The notes under the pieces are model-generated. The model did no database searches and was not told where the DNA came from. It worked only from the letters and a program-made list of their open reading frames with translations. The position numbers and the translations under genes are program-made. Positions 23,836 to 37,092 of a stretch of 64,000 nt of DNA are shown one piece after another. Numbering within the stretch: position 1 is the first letter of the stretch; each line of letters begins with the position of its first letter. Origin of the DNA: Chiloscyllium plagiosum. Taxonomy: Eukaryota. The stretch spans positions 20,576,448-20,640,447 of the forward strand of contig NC_057720.1 of the NCBI RefSeq assembly GCF_004010195.1. The letters run 5' to 3'.

Positions 23836-25041
23836 TTGCATCTTTAACAATTTCCCCATTCAGTCATTGGCCTTGGGACAACTAAAGCAACATGGTGGAT
23901 TGAAATACAGGGTGGTGAATGGTTGTGCATGGTACCTGTGGGCAATTTTACCATTCATCAGAAATGTAGGTGTACAAATATTATCATCTCCTGAAAATGA
24001 GGATGTACATTATATAATGTATTTCCCTCAATTTATTACACTATGTGTAAAAGATTGCTAAATGTCCCTAGAATCAAGCACTGCAAACAGCATTGTGTGT
24101 TATGAGGTCAGGAGAGGGTTTGTGCCCTTTGTATATTTCAATGTCTGCATTCCCAAAAACTATCAACCACAGAATTCCAGTGAAACTAGTACATTTTTCA
24201 GCTTTGTACGTTGACTCCCTCTTGTCTCAGGAAATAGGTCAAGGCACCGCAGTAAAATTCCAACACACACACATACACACACACCAATGCTTCTCTCTCT
24301 ATCCTCACTTGCTACTGGAATTCCTCGGTTGTTTTGTCGACAACCACGCACCTTTGAATACTTGTTAAACTGTGTGGTATTGGAATCACGTTGCCGATGG
24401 TTCCCAGTGGTTAGGTGGGCTAATGCACTGCAGCTGAGCCAGAAGATGTGGTTTATTTATAAGTCTCGAGTCCCTTTGTGAAAAGTAAATGTAGTTTGAA
24501 GAATTTGACACTAAAAGGAGGAGCTTTTAATACTTATAGGAATTTGCAGAACTCATGAGTTATTTGCAGAGGTTGCCAATTCTTGGTTCACCACAGAAGG
24601 GTAGAAGCTACCTTGTCATCCAGACATTCTAACAGTAAGAGCAGGGAGGTCTGTCAGTCCTAGACAAGTCTTCCTCCTCAAAAACACCAGCAAAAATAAA
24701 GTGCTGCTCATTTATCTCAATTGTTGTTTGTGCGATTTTACAGTTTGGCTGTCATATTTATCTGCATAATTATGATTTAGAGTTCCAACTAATCCATTTG
24801 ATTTTTAAATTCCTTTGTGTTGGGATCACTGGCATTATTGGCCAATCCATTGAGGGAGTGGGGGGATGTGGCGGTGGAGTTGGAGAAAGTAAGGCAGGGC
24901 GAGTTAATTTACAGAACTCTAATAAGAAGTGAGAAGGAAGGTATCGAATATTTTGGAACTTTATTTGGAGTCTGTTGAACAACAATGATGGTTTTTTTCT
25001 CATTACTGACAGTGGGCTGGTTGTTTTATCTCTCCACCCAG

Positions 25042-25184
25042 ATATTTATAGCTGGCTATTCTGTGACAGTAGGTTCTGCAGAAAGACTCATCTTTGGGTA
25101 CGACAGCTTTGGAAACATTTGTGGAAAGAAAAACTCTCCGATTAAAGGTGCTTCATTGTCGGGGCAAGACATGACCACCAGGAA
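25042..25184 (+). CDS. SLC44A3: SLC44A3 coding exon 3 (IFIAGYSVTVGSAERLIFGYDSFGNICGKKNSPIKGASLSGQDMTTR)
   Basis: cccag| acceptor, AA|gtgggt donor, 143 nt; CTL-family GYDSFGNxCG motif. Confidence 0.95.
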
Positions 25185-25287
25185 GTGGGTACCTTTTAAA
25201 TGATTTATCAGTGTACATATACTGTGTATGTATTGTATCAAATTACCTTTTCGAAATATTGCACTTTACAAGTCCACAAAATGGATG

Positions 25288-25359
25288 CGCTTTTCCTGCT
25301 GCGCTTTTCCAGCAACACATTTCCATCTCTGATCTCCAGCATCTGCAGACCTCACTTTC
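25288..25359 (+). mobile_element. Tiny PLE pLTR fragment (family B) with 15-bp TSD
   Basis: TSD tccacaaaatggatg at 25273-25287 and 25360-25374. Confidence 0.75.
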
Positions 25360-26379
25360 TCCACAAAATGGATGGTTGATTAAAGACAAACTGACCAAAT
25401 GAGTAGCTCAAATTATTTTTAACCATTGGTGAAATTGGAGGGAACACATTAGCACCAATTCATGAAAAACTGGGAGATACCTTGCCAAGTTGTAAGCCAA
25501 TCAAGCAAGGCTTCAAAGCTTTTGTTTTTGTCTGTTGTCACCTCCTATATGGCTTTTTAGTCAAATTAAGTGCTAGAAGTGTAATCAGCTAGATTCTACA
25601 GAATCATAAGACTCAAATTTTACTGAAGGTCTTGAGCACAAATTCAAGTCTACACCCCAGGGCAATACCGAGGGAGTGCTACACTGTCAAGGAGCGAAGA
25701 CCCCATCTGCCAGGAGTTAATCCTTGGCAGCTTCGTCATTATTAAACACCACCATCACAAGAAATGGATTTCTGGTCATTATCACTTATCTGTATGTAGA
25801 AAGCCATCTATGTGCATGTTGGGTGTCATGTTTCCTACATTACAACACTTAGATAAACATTGTTGGTGTCCAGTAGTCACAAAAATGCAAAATAAATGCT
25901 AACTTTTCTTTTGTTTCCTAATTTTGTTTAGACACGCAAGATCAGTTCATAAATGACTAACTCTTTAATAATACAGTATCATGATAGATTTTTCACAGGT
26001 AATGATCATGGGAAGCCTATCTGTGCAGCAGTTGACAAGATCTAAGGTGCCTGAAAGTACCAGTTCTTGATCTGTGGGGACTTGAGATGTTAGGCCACAG
26101 GAACGCCTGTTTTGAAAAGGCTCTAGTACAACCCGATTCCTCCTATTACCGAAGTATTTGTCAGCACCCCTTGGGTCTGGTTGCTTCAAACGCGTGGGTT
26201 GCTTTCCTTGTTGCTGCACACCAGCTGTCTCTGTCGTCACCTTCATGTTCGCACACCCACTGGTCATTGTCATCCAAAGATGGCATTTCAATAGTCCTTC
26301 CAAGGACTTATCGGAGCATAATTCAACATAACCCCAGAACATAATAAAGACATCCCAAGTATTGTGGAAAATCAAAATG

Positions 26380-27690
26380 GAGTAAGGAACCTAAAATAAT
26401 CGCTATCACTAATGAAAAAGTACTGGGAAACTAATGGGACTGAACATCGACAAGTCTCATGAATGTGCATCCTTGTACCTTAAAATAATTGGCTGCAATG
26501 AAGGTGGATCCATTGGATATAATCTTGCAGAATTCACTAGATATTTGGGAAACTATGAATACAATACCTTTTATTACAAAAGGGAGGCAAAAAGCAGGAA
26601 ACTATAAGCCAAGTAAGCCTGAAGTCCATCATTGGGAAAATGCTAGAATTTATTATGAAGGAAATAGAAAATCATAATAAAGTCAAGTAGCCATCATGGA
26701 AGAGAAATAGTGTCTGACCATGGAATGAAGTTAATTGAGGGGATGTAACCAGCATGGAGGATAAAGAAGATGTAGTGTGTGATAACCCCCAGAAAGTCCA
26801 TGGAGAATCACTATTTGATCTCTCTCTGTGGAGCTTGTTGATATGAGTTCTCTTGGTAACAGGCAATGGCCGGTCCAATTGGAACTCATCACCTGAACCC
26901 TTGTGGGTGGCACGGTGGCACAGTGGTTAGAACTGCTGCCTCACAGCGCCAGAGACCCAGGTTCAATTCCTGCCTCAGGCAACTGTCTGTGTGGAGTTTG
27001 CACATTCTCCCTGTGTCTGCGTGGGTTTCCTCCGGGTGCTCTGGTTTCCTCCCACAGTCCAAAGATGTGCAGGTTAGGTGAATTGGCCATGCTAAATTGC
27101 CCATAGTGTTAGGTGAAGGGGTGAGTGTAGGGGAATGGGTCTGGGTGGGTTGCTCTTCAGAGGTTCGGTGTGGACTTGTTGGGCCGAAGAGCCTGTTTCC
27201 ACACTGTAAGTTATCTAGTATAAAGCAGATCCAGGGATAAGTGATGTTCTTTTCCAAAGAGGCTTCCTGAGTTATTACATCGTGTATTTGGAGTTCAAAG
27301 GTTATTTGATAAAGTTCCACATAAAAGATTGTTATACAAGAGAAGACCATTTGGTTTCAGGGAGTTGTATTAGCATGATCGAGGATTGGCTAATTTACAG
27401 GAAATAGGGTGAACTACATCATTTTCACTTTGCTAATCTGTAACTGCGGAGTCACTGGGAGCAGTGCTGGGCCCTCAAATATTTGCAGTCTACATTACTC
27501 ACTTGTTGAAGGAACTGCATGAGTGTATTGTAGCCAAATTTAGTGATGAGATGAAGATAGGTAGGAAAGCAAGTTCTGAGGAGAACACAAAAGCTCTGCA
27601 AAGGGATATAGGTAGGCGCATGAGTTGACAAAAATGTAGCATGTGGGAAAATATGAGGGTTGCCAACTTTGGCAGGAAAATCACATGACA
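26380..27690 (+). mobile_element. Old CR1 RT fragment split by an HE1 SINE
   Basis: KGRQKAGNYKP motif and later skFsDexK-like RT residues; many frameshifts. Confidence 0.65.
26905..27218 (+). mobile_element. HE1 SINE (near full length)
   Basis: A/B boxes, core tgtggagtttgcacattctcc, CR1-derived tail gcctgtttccacactgtaag. Confidence 0.9.
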
Positions 27691-28888
27691 TGGTCTTGCT
27701 GACTGTTCTTGAATAAAAGTTAATGTTTCTCTGACCTCAGCTGACACAGTTAATGTTCTTTAGCAGCACAATGAGACCAAGAAGAATTAGTCTGCAATGT
27801 GGATGCAGGGGTTTACATGTGAAATGCCACTAGATGACCAGCCACTCTATTTCACTGGCTCTGATTAGTAAAACCTGTCCCCTGCCTCAGTAGAATGGGT
27901 TAGAGAAGGAACTCAATGTGTAATGTGTCCCTGAATGGGAGATAATCTGCCACTTCCTGCTGTTGACAGATAAAGTAACTTTGCTCCCCCCCCCCCAATT
28001 ACTGTCTTGTGCCTTCAGTTAGATTTCCCAGTACACAAGTTACCATCATGTAGAACAATCCACTGGCTGAATATTTTAATTCTGACAGTCCACAATAGTT
28101 GAACAGATGAAAGGTAAAATGTTTTGTGTTGGAACTAAATTTCCTCTAGTGTGGAAAACGTCAAATCTCATGTGACCTCAGAAGCTAAGCAGATTTGGAC
28201 CTGGTGAATATTTGACTGAGAGGTTGCTGGGAATATCTGGCGCAGTGGGTCACATTCTTCCCTGTGAGAGTGACTAGGACCAGAGGGTAAGGGAGCACCC
28301 AATTAGGACAGACATGAGAAAAAAATTCTTTTCTCAGAGGCTGGTGAATCTGTGGAATTTTTAACCGGAAGCTGCGACATTATTCAAGACTGAGGTAGGT
28401 TTGTAATCAATGAGGAAATTGAGGATTATGGCACAGGGTCAGAAACATGGATTTGGAATTATCAGATCAGCCACGTCATTCTTCATTGGCTCACATCTGC
28501 TCTACCATCCTCTAACAGTAACCATGAGGAGCTTGCACCTGCATTCAGTGTGAGAGTGAGTTGAACCTTCCAGAGTCAATTTATTGCTCTGCAGTTCCTC
28601 CAAGCTGTGCTCACAGAAATTCTGACCTTCAGAAGCCACATTGTTTAAGCCAGTGGAAAGGAAATCTCTCTGTACATTTGTATGAACATCTGTCCAGTGT
28701 GTGACATGTTGAGTGTTACCACAGCCAGCGAGCATATCTTTGTGTCCATTGAACTGATGGTAGGATTCGACCAAACATGTGTGGACATGGTCATTCATTA
28801 ACGAGAAACTACTTCTGCGCTTGACCTAGATTTTATTTTAAAAATTGCTTTTTTTTTAATGCTAACAAGATGTTTTGTTTCCATATAG

Positions 28889-29025
28889 GCACGTATTTTT
28901 TCTCAACACCTGCAATTTGGACATTAAGAATCATAAAATAAATTCATTGTCTATTTGTATATCTCGATGTCCTCAAGAGCAGCTGAATGATCTAGAAGAG
29001 CTGAAACATTTTGCTCAGTACAATG
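28889..29025 (+). CDS. SLC44A3: SLC44A3 coding exon 4 (HVFFLNTCNLDIKNHKINSLSICISRCPQEQLNDLEELKHFAQYN)
   Basis: atatag| acceptor, G|gtaagc donor, 137 nt, phase 2 to 1; extracellular-loop cysteines. Confidence 0.95.
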
Positions 29026-29119
29026 GTAAGCACAGTTACATAGAATTACACAGGAACGTAGACCTATCATTCCCCTGATCCCATGGACCTCTTCCCACTC
29101 ATTAATATCACCTCTGCTT

Positions 29120-29259
29120 GAAGAGAAAATGAGGTCTGCAGATGCTGGAGATCATGAGATGGAAATGTGTTGCTGGAGAAGCGCAGCAGGTCAGGCAGCA
29201 TCCTGTTCCCTAGATGCTGCCTGACCTGCTGCGCTTCTCCAGCAACACATTTCCATCTC
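29120..29259. mobile_element. PLE-derived fold-back element with a perfect 47-bp hairpin
   Basis: 29156-29202 is the exact reverse complement of 29213-29259. 14-bp TSD tatcacctctgctt at 29106-29119 and 29260-29273. Confidence 0.85.
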
Positions 29260-30143
29260 TATCACCTCTGCTTATCAACTCTGTCAATCTAACCTTCCTC
29301 CCTTATGTACTTATCTGGATGTCCCTAAAATCTATCAATGGTGTTTGCCCCAACCTCCCCCTCTGCTAGTTAGCTTAATATAATTGTCAGTCTTTGAGTC
29401 AAATTCTGTCAGGATTACGATGCGTTTGTCTGTAGTTTGGAAAACAGAGCCGTCAAAGGACAACAGAAAATATTTTCAAAATATATTTGTTCTTAACGTT
29501 AGCTCATTGGAAGGCTGCTTGTATTGATCCAGCAATCTAACTTAAACAGCTTTCATAAAGATGTTGTGGTGAGTGTCATTCACCTCACAATGTTAATTAG
29601 TTCATGCTATGTGTAGTAGCTGTTTCAGTTCTAATATAATGCTATCAATTTATAAAACTGAAAGGCGAACCAGTCCTGAATCTCCTTGAACGTCCTGCAG
29701 CATTAAAACTATTTAGACATTTTGGTCTAAATGACTGGTGAATTATTCTCTACTAAGATTTCACAGTTTGACACCTCATCACTAAGCACCTTGGAGTACA
29801 GTTTTACTGTTAGCATCATCCATGTACTTCTTTATTATTCATTCTCTAAACCTAGGCATCACTGGTGAGGCTGGGTTTTTATTGCTCACCTTTTGTTTCC
29901 ACTAGGAAAGTGGTAGTGGACTCTTTAATTGAGCCACATTACAGCCAGAGTTGAGGAAATACTTAGGTGATACGTTTGTTGTGTGGCTTTATGCAACATT
30001 CCTGAATTTAGGTTCAAGACAGTCTGGTCAAGGAAAAGGAACGGTCAAGTATTTAGGTTTGAGTGTCTTTATAACCCTCTTGATACATATTATGAATAAG
30101 TATTTCAGTACATGGTATTCAGAGATATAATAGGCTCTAATTT

Positions 30144-30179
30144 GTTCTGAGGAAGGGTCGCGGGACCTGAAACGTTAAT
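30144..30179 (+). ncRNA. Minimal hammerhead motif (family D) at the start of a pLTR fragment (to about 30250)
   Basis: GUU-CUGAGGA-A-GGGUC(GCGG)GACCU-GAA-ACGU-U-AAU; intact core, stem II with terminal G.U. Confidence 0.75.
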
Positions 30180-30974
30180 TTTGACTTCTCTGCACAGATG
30201 CTGCCAGACCTGCTGAGCTTTTCCAGCAATTTCTATTTTTGTTTCTAATCTTACTGTTACATTTTTGAAAGGCAATCCCAAAAATTCTCCTGCCTAAAGA
30301 TACTTGCTGTACTCCACAGGTTTCTCTGCACATGTTCCTAACATTCACAGGTTAGATTTCAGGCTTGTTCCTAGCTTTACATTCGTTTTTCTCTTTCTCT
30401 TAACTCCATTCTGTACTAGGAACAACTCCATAATGTCTAGGGTCCTATAGCCTTTGCACAACAATAGTCAGAGGTAAAGCAGTAACAAGATACAGACCTG
30501 ATCCTTCTGAAGATAGTGAAGTTAGCTCATGAATTGTGATGTTTACCAAGTGATGCCACTTAAAAGTGGGGACGTACATGTTTTATACTTTGTATTCACT
30601 ACATTGATGCTGTCTTGTCCAGCAGCAATGTTCTGTAGTCATGGTAACTCATAAGTGACCTTTAACCAACATGGGTCCAGGTTGTTCTTCTTGTAAAGCC
30701 CTGTTCAATCAGAACAGTGAGACATAAAATTGTAGCAAATGTTTCAAATGAAAATCAGATCACAATAGAACAGCGCCACATCTTGGTGAACATTTGGGAA
30801 TCGCAGTAATTGCTGCTAATAATAATTGTACTCGTTTTGTATTCTTAATTTATTGAATCAAAAGAAAAGTAGATTTTGTTTATCAAATCAACAGTCGATT
30901 TGAATTTGAAGAGCATTAAGATTTCAATGAGGAAAAGAGATTTCAAACAGATCTTACCAGATTCAGCCCATTTC

Positions 30975-31222
30975 AGCGGAAACATTTATTCAGCCAGAGA
31001 GTGGTGGGCCTGTGGAATTCATTGCCGCAGAGTGCAGTGGAGGTCGGGACGTTAAATGTTTTCAAGGCAGAGATTGATAAATTCTTGATGTCACAAGGAA
31101 TTAAGGGCTACGGGGAGAATGTGGGTAAGTGGAGTTGAAATGCCCATCAGCCATGATTGAATGGCGGAGTGGACTCGATGGGCCGAATGGCCTTACTTCC
31201 ACTCCTATGTCTTATGGTCTTA
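30975..31222 (+). mobile_element. Young CR1-group LINE 3' end
   Basis: cagagagtggtgggcctgtggaattcattgcc...ggccgaatggcc...cctatgtcttatggtctta tail with CpGs retained. Confidence 0.8.
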
Positions 31223-31559
31223 TTTTGTTTCCTATATAACGTCTGTCTCAATACGACAATTAATGAGTGAGTGAGACATAGAAATGGAATGAAAACTTAA
31301 AAAGGCCCCCATCTGTGCAATGTTGTGGCTACATGATGCTTCGCAGCAGACAAGAGCCTGTGTGGGCTGAATGGCCTTCTTCAATGTTTGAATGACTCTG
31401 ACGATCAGTGTCCTTCCAGACCCCCATCAAAACTAAATCTGATACCAGTGATCTATATTTAAGGTGTTCACTTTTTGCACAGTATTGAAGATAAATCTAA
31501 TCATACTTATTCCTCCTATCACTTTAAAGTGGGTGCTTTCAAGCTGTTTAAGAAATTGG

Positions 31560-32085
31560 TTGGAACGGCTTGTGATTCATACAGGAATCCTGCAATAAGT
31601 AACTCACCTCCTAATTTCCCAAAGCCTGTCCACCATCTGCAGAACATAAGTCTGAAGGCTGATGGAATGCTCCCCACTTGCCTGGATGGGCAACAACACT
31701 CGATGCTTGACACCATCCAGAACAAAGCAGCTGCTTAAATGACATGAAATCCACAAACATCCACTGCAGTGTGTACCATCAACAAGGTGCTCTGCAGATA
31801 GTCACCTAGGCTCTGTAGCACATACCAAACCCATGACCACCACAATCTAAAAGTATGAGGGAACAGATACATGGGAACACCATGATCTTCAAGTTCCTGT
31901 CGGGGCCACTCACCATCCTGACTTGGAAATATATCGTACTTCCTGAGTGTCAAAATCCTGCACTCGCTCCCTAACAGCACTGTGAGGCTGCCTACAGTGG
32001 TTCAAGAAAGCAGCTCACCACATCCTTCTCAAGGGCAACTAGGAACGGGCAATTAATTCGATGGCCACCTGTCCTGAAGGAAGAT
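31560..32085 (+). mobile_element. LINE (CR1/L2 group) 3' end
   Basis: ...MLDTIQNKAA ORF end and tail ctcaccacatccttctcaagggcaactagg; related to 10790-11040. Confidence 0.65.
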
Positions 32086-32367
32086 AAAAGTGCATGTATG
32101 TATATTTAATATAAATGTGCACATCTGTTTGGTGGTATGGAGGATTCTGAAGGTATGTTAATTTCCAGTGTAATCTGTGATTCATTGTGCAATAACACGA
32201 GAAGAATTGAGCAGCACAGCTCTGTCAAAGGCATGTGCAGACAAGAAAAATTGCAACACGGTTGCCTTTTTGTAATCGAACAACTAAATACTGCTCCTTG
32301 AACTGAGTTTCTGATCCCAATCTTTGAAGTCAGGTCTGATTAAACTGATGTTTGTTCTGCTGTTTAG

Positions 32368-32461
32368 GTTCCTATTTGTGTGTGTACAGTTTAAACATTT
32401 CCGACTACACCAAACCTTCAAAAGCAGCTCACCTCTGTCCCCAGTTACCAGTCCCTCCAAG
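32368..32461 (+). CDS. SLC44A3: SLC44A3 coding exon 5 (GSYLCVYSLNISDYTKPSKAAHLCPQLPVPP)
   Basis: gtttag| acceptor, AG|gtgaga donor, 94 nt; CPxLPVPPS motif. Not in the ORF track; translated by hand. Confidence 0.93.
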
Positions 32462-33344
32462 GTGAGATTATTCATCATTTATAGTTCATAATCATGGTTT
32501 GTTTACAGTTCAAAAAAACACATCCAGCCTAGACAAGTTAAAGCCATAAATTTAGTTGTACCTCAGTATGTTCCTCCATGATTATATCTTTTTGAATTTA
32601 TTTGACTTTATACATCTGTAATAATGAGTTATTGACAGTCAATTGTCAATTAGCAGGGAAATGTTCTCAATGATCATTTGTACAGGGGAACTGCAGTTGT
32701 GTCACTCCATTGACACCCTGCTAAATAAATACAGCAAAAAGTTGAACAGTGTTATTTATTTTGGCATTTTCCAGGAATTATAATTCACTGCACATTCATT
32801 AGAATCGTATCTTCTGAGACAGAAATCTACAAGTATGAAGTCATTTGAAATATGTTGTTATCAACCAAGTTTGGGTTGATTCTTAAACAAAAATACAATA
32901 GATTTGTAATGGAAATAAACGGTATTGGCCTTCGATATCGGTTCAGTGGGTAGCTCACTCATCTCTGAGCCCGAAGTTGCCATGCACATCTTACTACAGA
33001 AAATTAAGCACATAATTCAGGCTGACACTTCAGTGCGGTGCTGAGGGAGTTCTGCACAGTCTGAGGGTGTCATCTTTGAAACTTGATATTAGACTGTGCT
33101 CCTGCTAATCCTCTCGGGAATGTAAAGGACGCCATAACACAACTGTCCTGATAAATAGTTATCCTGCAACCAACACGATGAGATAGATTCTCTGGTCACT
33201 TAGCTCACTCATGCTTGCGGAACTTAATGTGCTCATTAGGCAATTTCCCACAAACCAACAGACTACACATCAAAACAACTACTGCTGAGACATATTGAGA
33301 CATGATGAGAGACGCCATATTAAGGCAAATTTATCAAATTTATT

Positions 33345-34245
33345 ACTAGGATGCTAGTCTTTATTAGCTGAAGCGTAGAGTTTAAGGGCAAGGGGTGTTA
33401 TGCTGGAACTGTATAAGGTGTGGGTTATTCCTCAACTTGAGTATTGTGTGTAATTCTTGAATGCACATTATCGGAGAGATGTGATTACAGTGGAGAGAGT
33501 GCATAGCAGATTTACCAGGATGTTGCCAGGGCTGGAGACTGTAAGTTATGAAGAGAAATTAGATAGATGGGGTTGTTTTCCTTGGAGCACAGGAAACTGA
33601 GTTGGTGGGGGGTGTGGGGTGGGTGCANNNNNNNNNNNNNNNNNNNNNNNNNNNNNNNNNNNNNNNNNNNNNNNNNNNNNNNNNNNNNNNNNNNNNNNNN
33701 NNNNNNNNNNNNNNNNNNNNNNNNNNNNNNNNNNNNNNNNNNNNNNNNNNNNNNNNNNNNNNNNNNNNNNNNNNNNNNNNNNNNNNNNNACTGGGGTGGG
33801 TGCAGAGGGGTGGGGCTGGGATGGATGTGGGGTTGGGGATTGGGGTGGGTGCAGGGCAGGGTGTCAGGTGATGGGAGTTTGGAGGTCGGATGTGATTGAA
33901 ATGTATAAAATTTTGGAGGGCATAGATAGAGTAGAGACTGGAAAGTATTTTATCCCATGGTGGAAGGATTAATAACCAGGACATAGGTTTAAGGTCAGGG
34001 GCAGGAGGTTTAGAGGGGATGTGAGGAAACATTTTTCTTCCCCCAGAGGATAGGTGGGAAGCTGGACCCGCTGCATGTGAGGGTGGTACAAGCAGAAACC
34101 CTCAACATTTGAGAGGGATTTATATGTGCACTTGTGATACCAAGACACACAGGACTATGAGCCAAGTGCTAGAAAATGGTATTAGAATAGTTAGGGGGTT
34201 ATTTTTGACTGGCACAGACTCAATGGGCTGAAGGGCCATTTTCTG
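33345..34245 (+). mobile_element. CR1 LINE 3' end with an internal G-rich expansion spanning a gap
   Basis: ...DRWGCFPWSTG and DVIEMYKILEGIDRV on either side of ggggtgggtgcag repeats and an N run. Confidence 0.75.
33628..33789. other. Assembly gap (N run)
   Basis: Run of n. Confidence 1.
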
Positions 34246-34314
34246 ACCAACATCCCTTGATGCATTTATCCTTTCTTTATGTTATTTACAAAGTAACTGT
34301 TATTTCTCTTTCAG

Positions 34315-34484
34315 CAAGTCATTCCCACTCTTCAATCGCTGTGTTCCTCAGAGCTCTGCCTGTTACTCTCATTTTCTCACTGTCCTTATTAACGTGGTCA
34401 AGGAAAGTGATTTTTTCCAACGCATCATTGGTGGCGTTATGGCGAACAAAGAATACATCGTGGGACTCTGCATTTTCGCCGTAG
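34315..34484 (+). CDS. SLC44A3: SLC44A3 coding exon 6 (SKSFPLFNRCVPQSSACYSHFLTVLINVVKESDFFQRIIGGVMANKEYIVGLCIFAV)
   Basis: tttcag| acceptor, G|gtaatg donor, 170 nt; SKSFPLFNRCVPQ as in CTL3. Confidence 0.94.
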
Positions 34485-34529
34485 GTAATGGTTGTCACCT
34501 ACTAAGGACTGAAAAAATATAGAAGTACT

Positions 34530-35013
34530 TAGAGTCATAGAGATATACAGCACGGAAACAGGCCCTTCAGTTCAACTCATCCGTGCCAACTGGATATCTA
34601 AACATAACCTAAATACATTTTCCAGCACTTGGCCCTTATTCCTCTAAGACCTTCCTATTTATATAATCATCCAGGTGCCTTTTAAATGCTGTAATTGTAC
34701 TAGCTTCCACCACTTCCTCTGGCAGCTCATTCCATACACGCACCACTCTTTACATGAAGACATTGCCCCTTAGGTCCCTTTTATATCTTTCCCCTCTCAC
34801 CCTAAGCCGAAGTCCTTTAGTTCTGAACTTGCCCACCCCAGGGACCTTGTCTATTTATCCTATCCATGCCCCTCATGATTTTATAAACCTCTATAAGGTC
34901 ACCCCTCAACCTCCAATGCTCCAGGGAAAACAGCCCCAGCCTATTCAGCCTCTCCTTGTAGCTCAAATCCTCCAAACCTGGCAACATCCTTGTAAATATT
35001 TTCTGAACTCTTT
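34530..35013 (-). mobile_element. HER1/CR1 LINE 3' end, about 45 bp after exon 6
   Basis: agagtcatagagatatacagcacggaaacagg tail; colinear with the other copies. Confidence 0.85.
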
Positions 35014-35406
35014 GTAGAAGATTATAAATTTATAAATAAATATGAATTTATAGAAGATTATCCTTTGTCTGTTTAGGAAATGGAAACATGTAGAGAGTAG
35101 GGAAAGCTGTGTTAACTATATCCTGTGCATAGTGACCAGTCAACAATTGAGACAGAAATGTACCATATAGGTTCTGTTGAGTCATGTTACATTCTAATGA
35201 TCTGCCCAATGAGAAGCCAAAGAAATGTTTGAAACAGCAAAAGTTATTGGATAAAACTGTTTAAAAAAAAAAGTGTTGAAACTTCATTGAAAGTGTTGAA
35301 GTGTTCATTAAAAGATTGTTTGTGAAGGTCCTGCTGTATTGGGCAGCATGGTGGGCTTCAGATCAGATTGATGTGGTGTGTTGCAGCTCTTGCTTTACAA
35401 TTCCAA

Positions 35407-35720
35407 GGCACGGTGGCTCAGTGGTTAGCACTGCTGACCTCACAGCACCAGGGTCCCAGGTTTAATTCCAGCCTTAGGCCGACGGTCTGTGTGGAATTTG
35501 CACATTCTCCCTGTGTCTGCATGGGTTTCCTCCGGGTGCTCCAGTTTCCTCCCACAGTCCAAAGATGTGCAGGTCAGGTGAATTGGCCATGCTAAATTGC
35601 CCATAGTGTTAGGTGCATTAGTCAGAGGGAGATGGGTCTGGGTGGGTTACTCTTCGGAGGGTCGGTCGGGACTTGTTGGGCCGAAGGGGCCTGTTTCCAC
35701 ATTGTAGGGAATCTAATCTA
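35407..35720 (+). mobile_element. HE1 SINE
   Basis: ggcacggtggctcagtggttagc...gcctgtttccacattgtagggaatctaatct. Confidence 0.9.
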
Positions 35721-37092
35721 AATTGCTGTTTGTCCAGCCCGGAGCATTTAGATTTTTAAAAACTGCTCCCCCTTCTGGTTAAAAAAATCATTACTGAAAT
35801 AAAGTTATAAATTCTCAACAGTGTCAGTTGACCTAGCTTTTCCCCTGGTGTGTCTCCAAACAGGTATAAAGATCACATGGAGTCAGTTAACTTGGTGGCT
35901 TGGTGACTTGTCTGTAATATGGAGTGTTGCGAACAGTGTGGATTCAGTTTCTGCACCAGATGAGGTTATTGTGAATCGCTCCCCTTGTCTGAGATGTGAT
36001 AACCCTCAGGTTAAATTACCTCAGGTTATCTCTCACTAATGAGAGATAACCTATGATGGGTAGGACTATGGCAACTTTACCTTCACCTATAAAGATCGCA
36101 TCAGTGTTTCTGTGAATTTCCACGTGTCTCCAAGTACTAACGTACATATCATTTTAAGGATTATTTGTGAAGCCAATTCACCTCTCTCCTTTTGTGACAC
36201 TCATCAAAACATGTTATACAGATTTTATGGCTGTCTTTTTTAATGTATCGTCCTTTGGCCCAGTGTCTTATAAACATAGAAGATAGGAGCAGAAAGAGGC
36301 CGTTCAGCCCTTTGAGCCTGCTCTGCCCCTCATCACGATCATGACTGATCATCCAACATAATAGCTGAATCCTGCTTTCTCCCCATAACCTTTAATCCCA
36401 TTCACCCCAAGTGCTAATTCTAGCCGCCTCTTGAATACATGAAGTTTATGATGGTCTGATCATACTTCGAAGAACTCTTTGTTGGGGGCAGCGTGGTGGG
36501 GGGGGGGGGGGGGCAAAAGGCACTATATAAATGTGAATGGTCACTGTTTGGACAAATAATCAGGCAACAAACATTGCAGAGAGAAGTCCCTTTTTAAAAT
36601 TTGGCCTCTACTCATTCAGACTGGAACAGGTCACCCTGTAAGGAATATGAACATAAACTGAACTGAGTCACCATGGTTCATTCAGAAATTAACCTTCTGG
36701 TTAAAGAGCTTTAACATGTTAATGTCTTCAAGTAGATTCATACGCTTGGAGTTATCTTTACCTTTATTACCAGCTGGAGGATGGATGTTAGGGAGCTGAG
36801 TGTCCCTCAATCTCACGATTACCCTTTCCACTAATCTTAATTCATCTGGTGACCATGGTTACAATTACCCTCAATGATTCTGTGTGCCCACAGTTATTGG
36901 ACACGTTCTCACATCCTGAAACTGTTTGTGATTCACCAACCAGCAAACACAAAACTAATTCTCTTCAGAGGATGAAAGGTGGGAAATGGGGCAGTGAAAA
37001 CCTGAATTGATTCAATCTTAAAATTTGGAATGAAAGTAATTATGAACTATTTTAAGAAAAAAATAAATGTGGGGTAAAGATTAGAAAATATG

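Noticed and set aside
26905..26975. tRNA-like A/B box heads (here and in other SINE copies)
   Set aside because: They are SINE heads followed by core and LINE tail, not tRNA genes.
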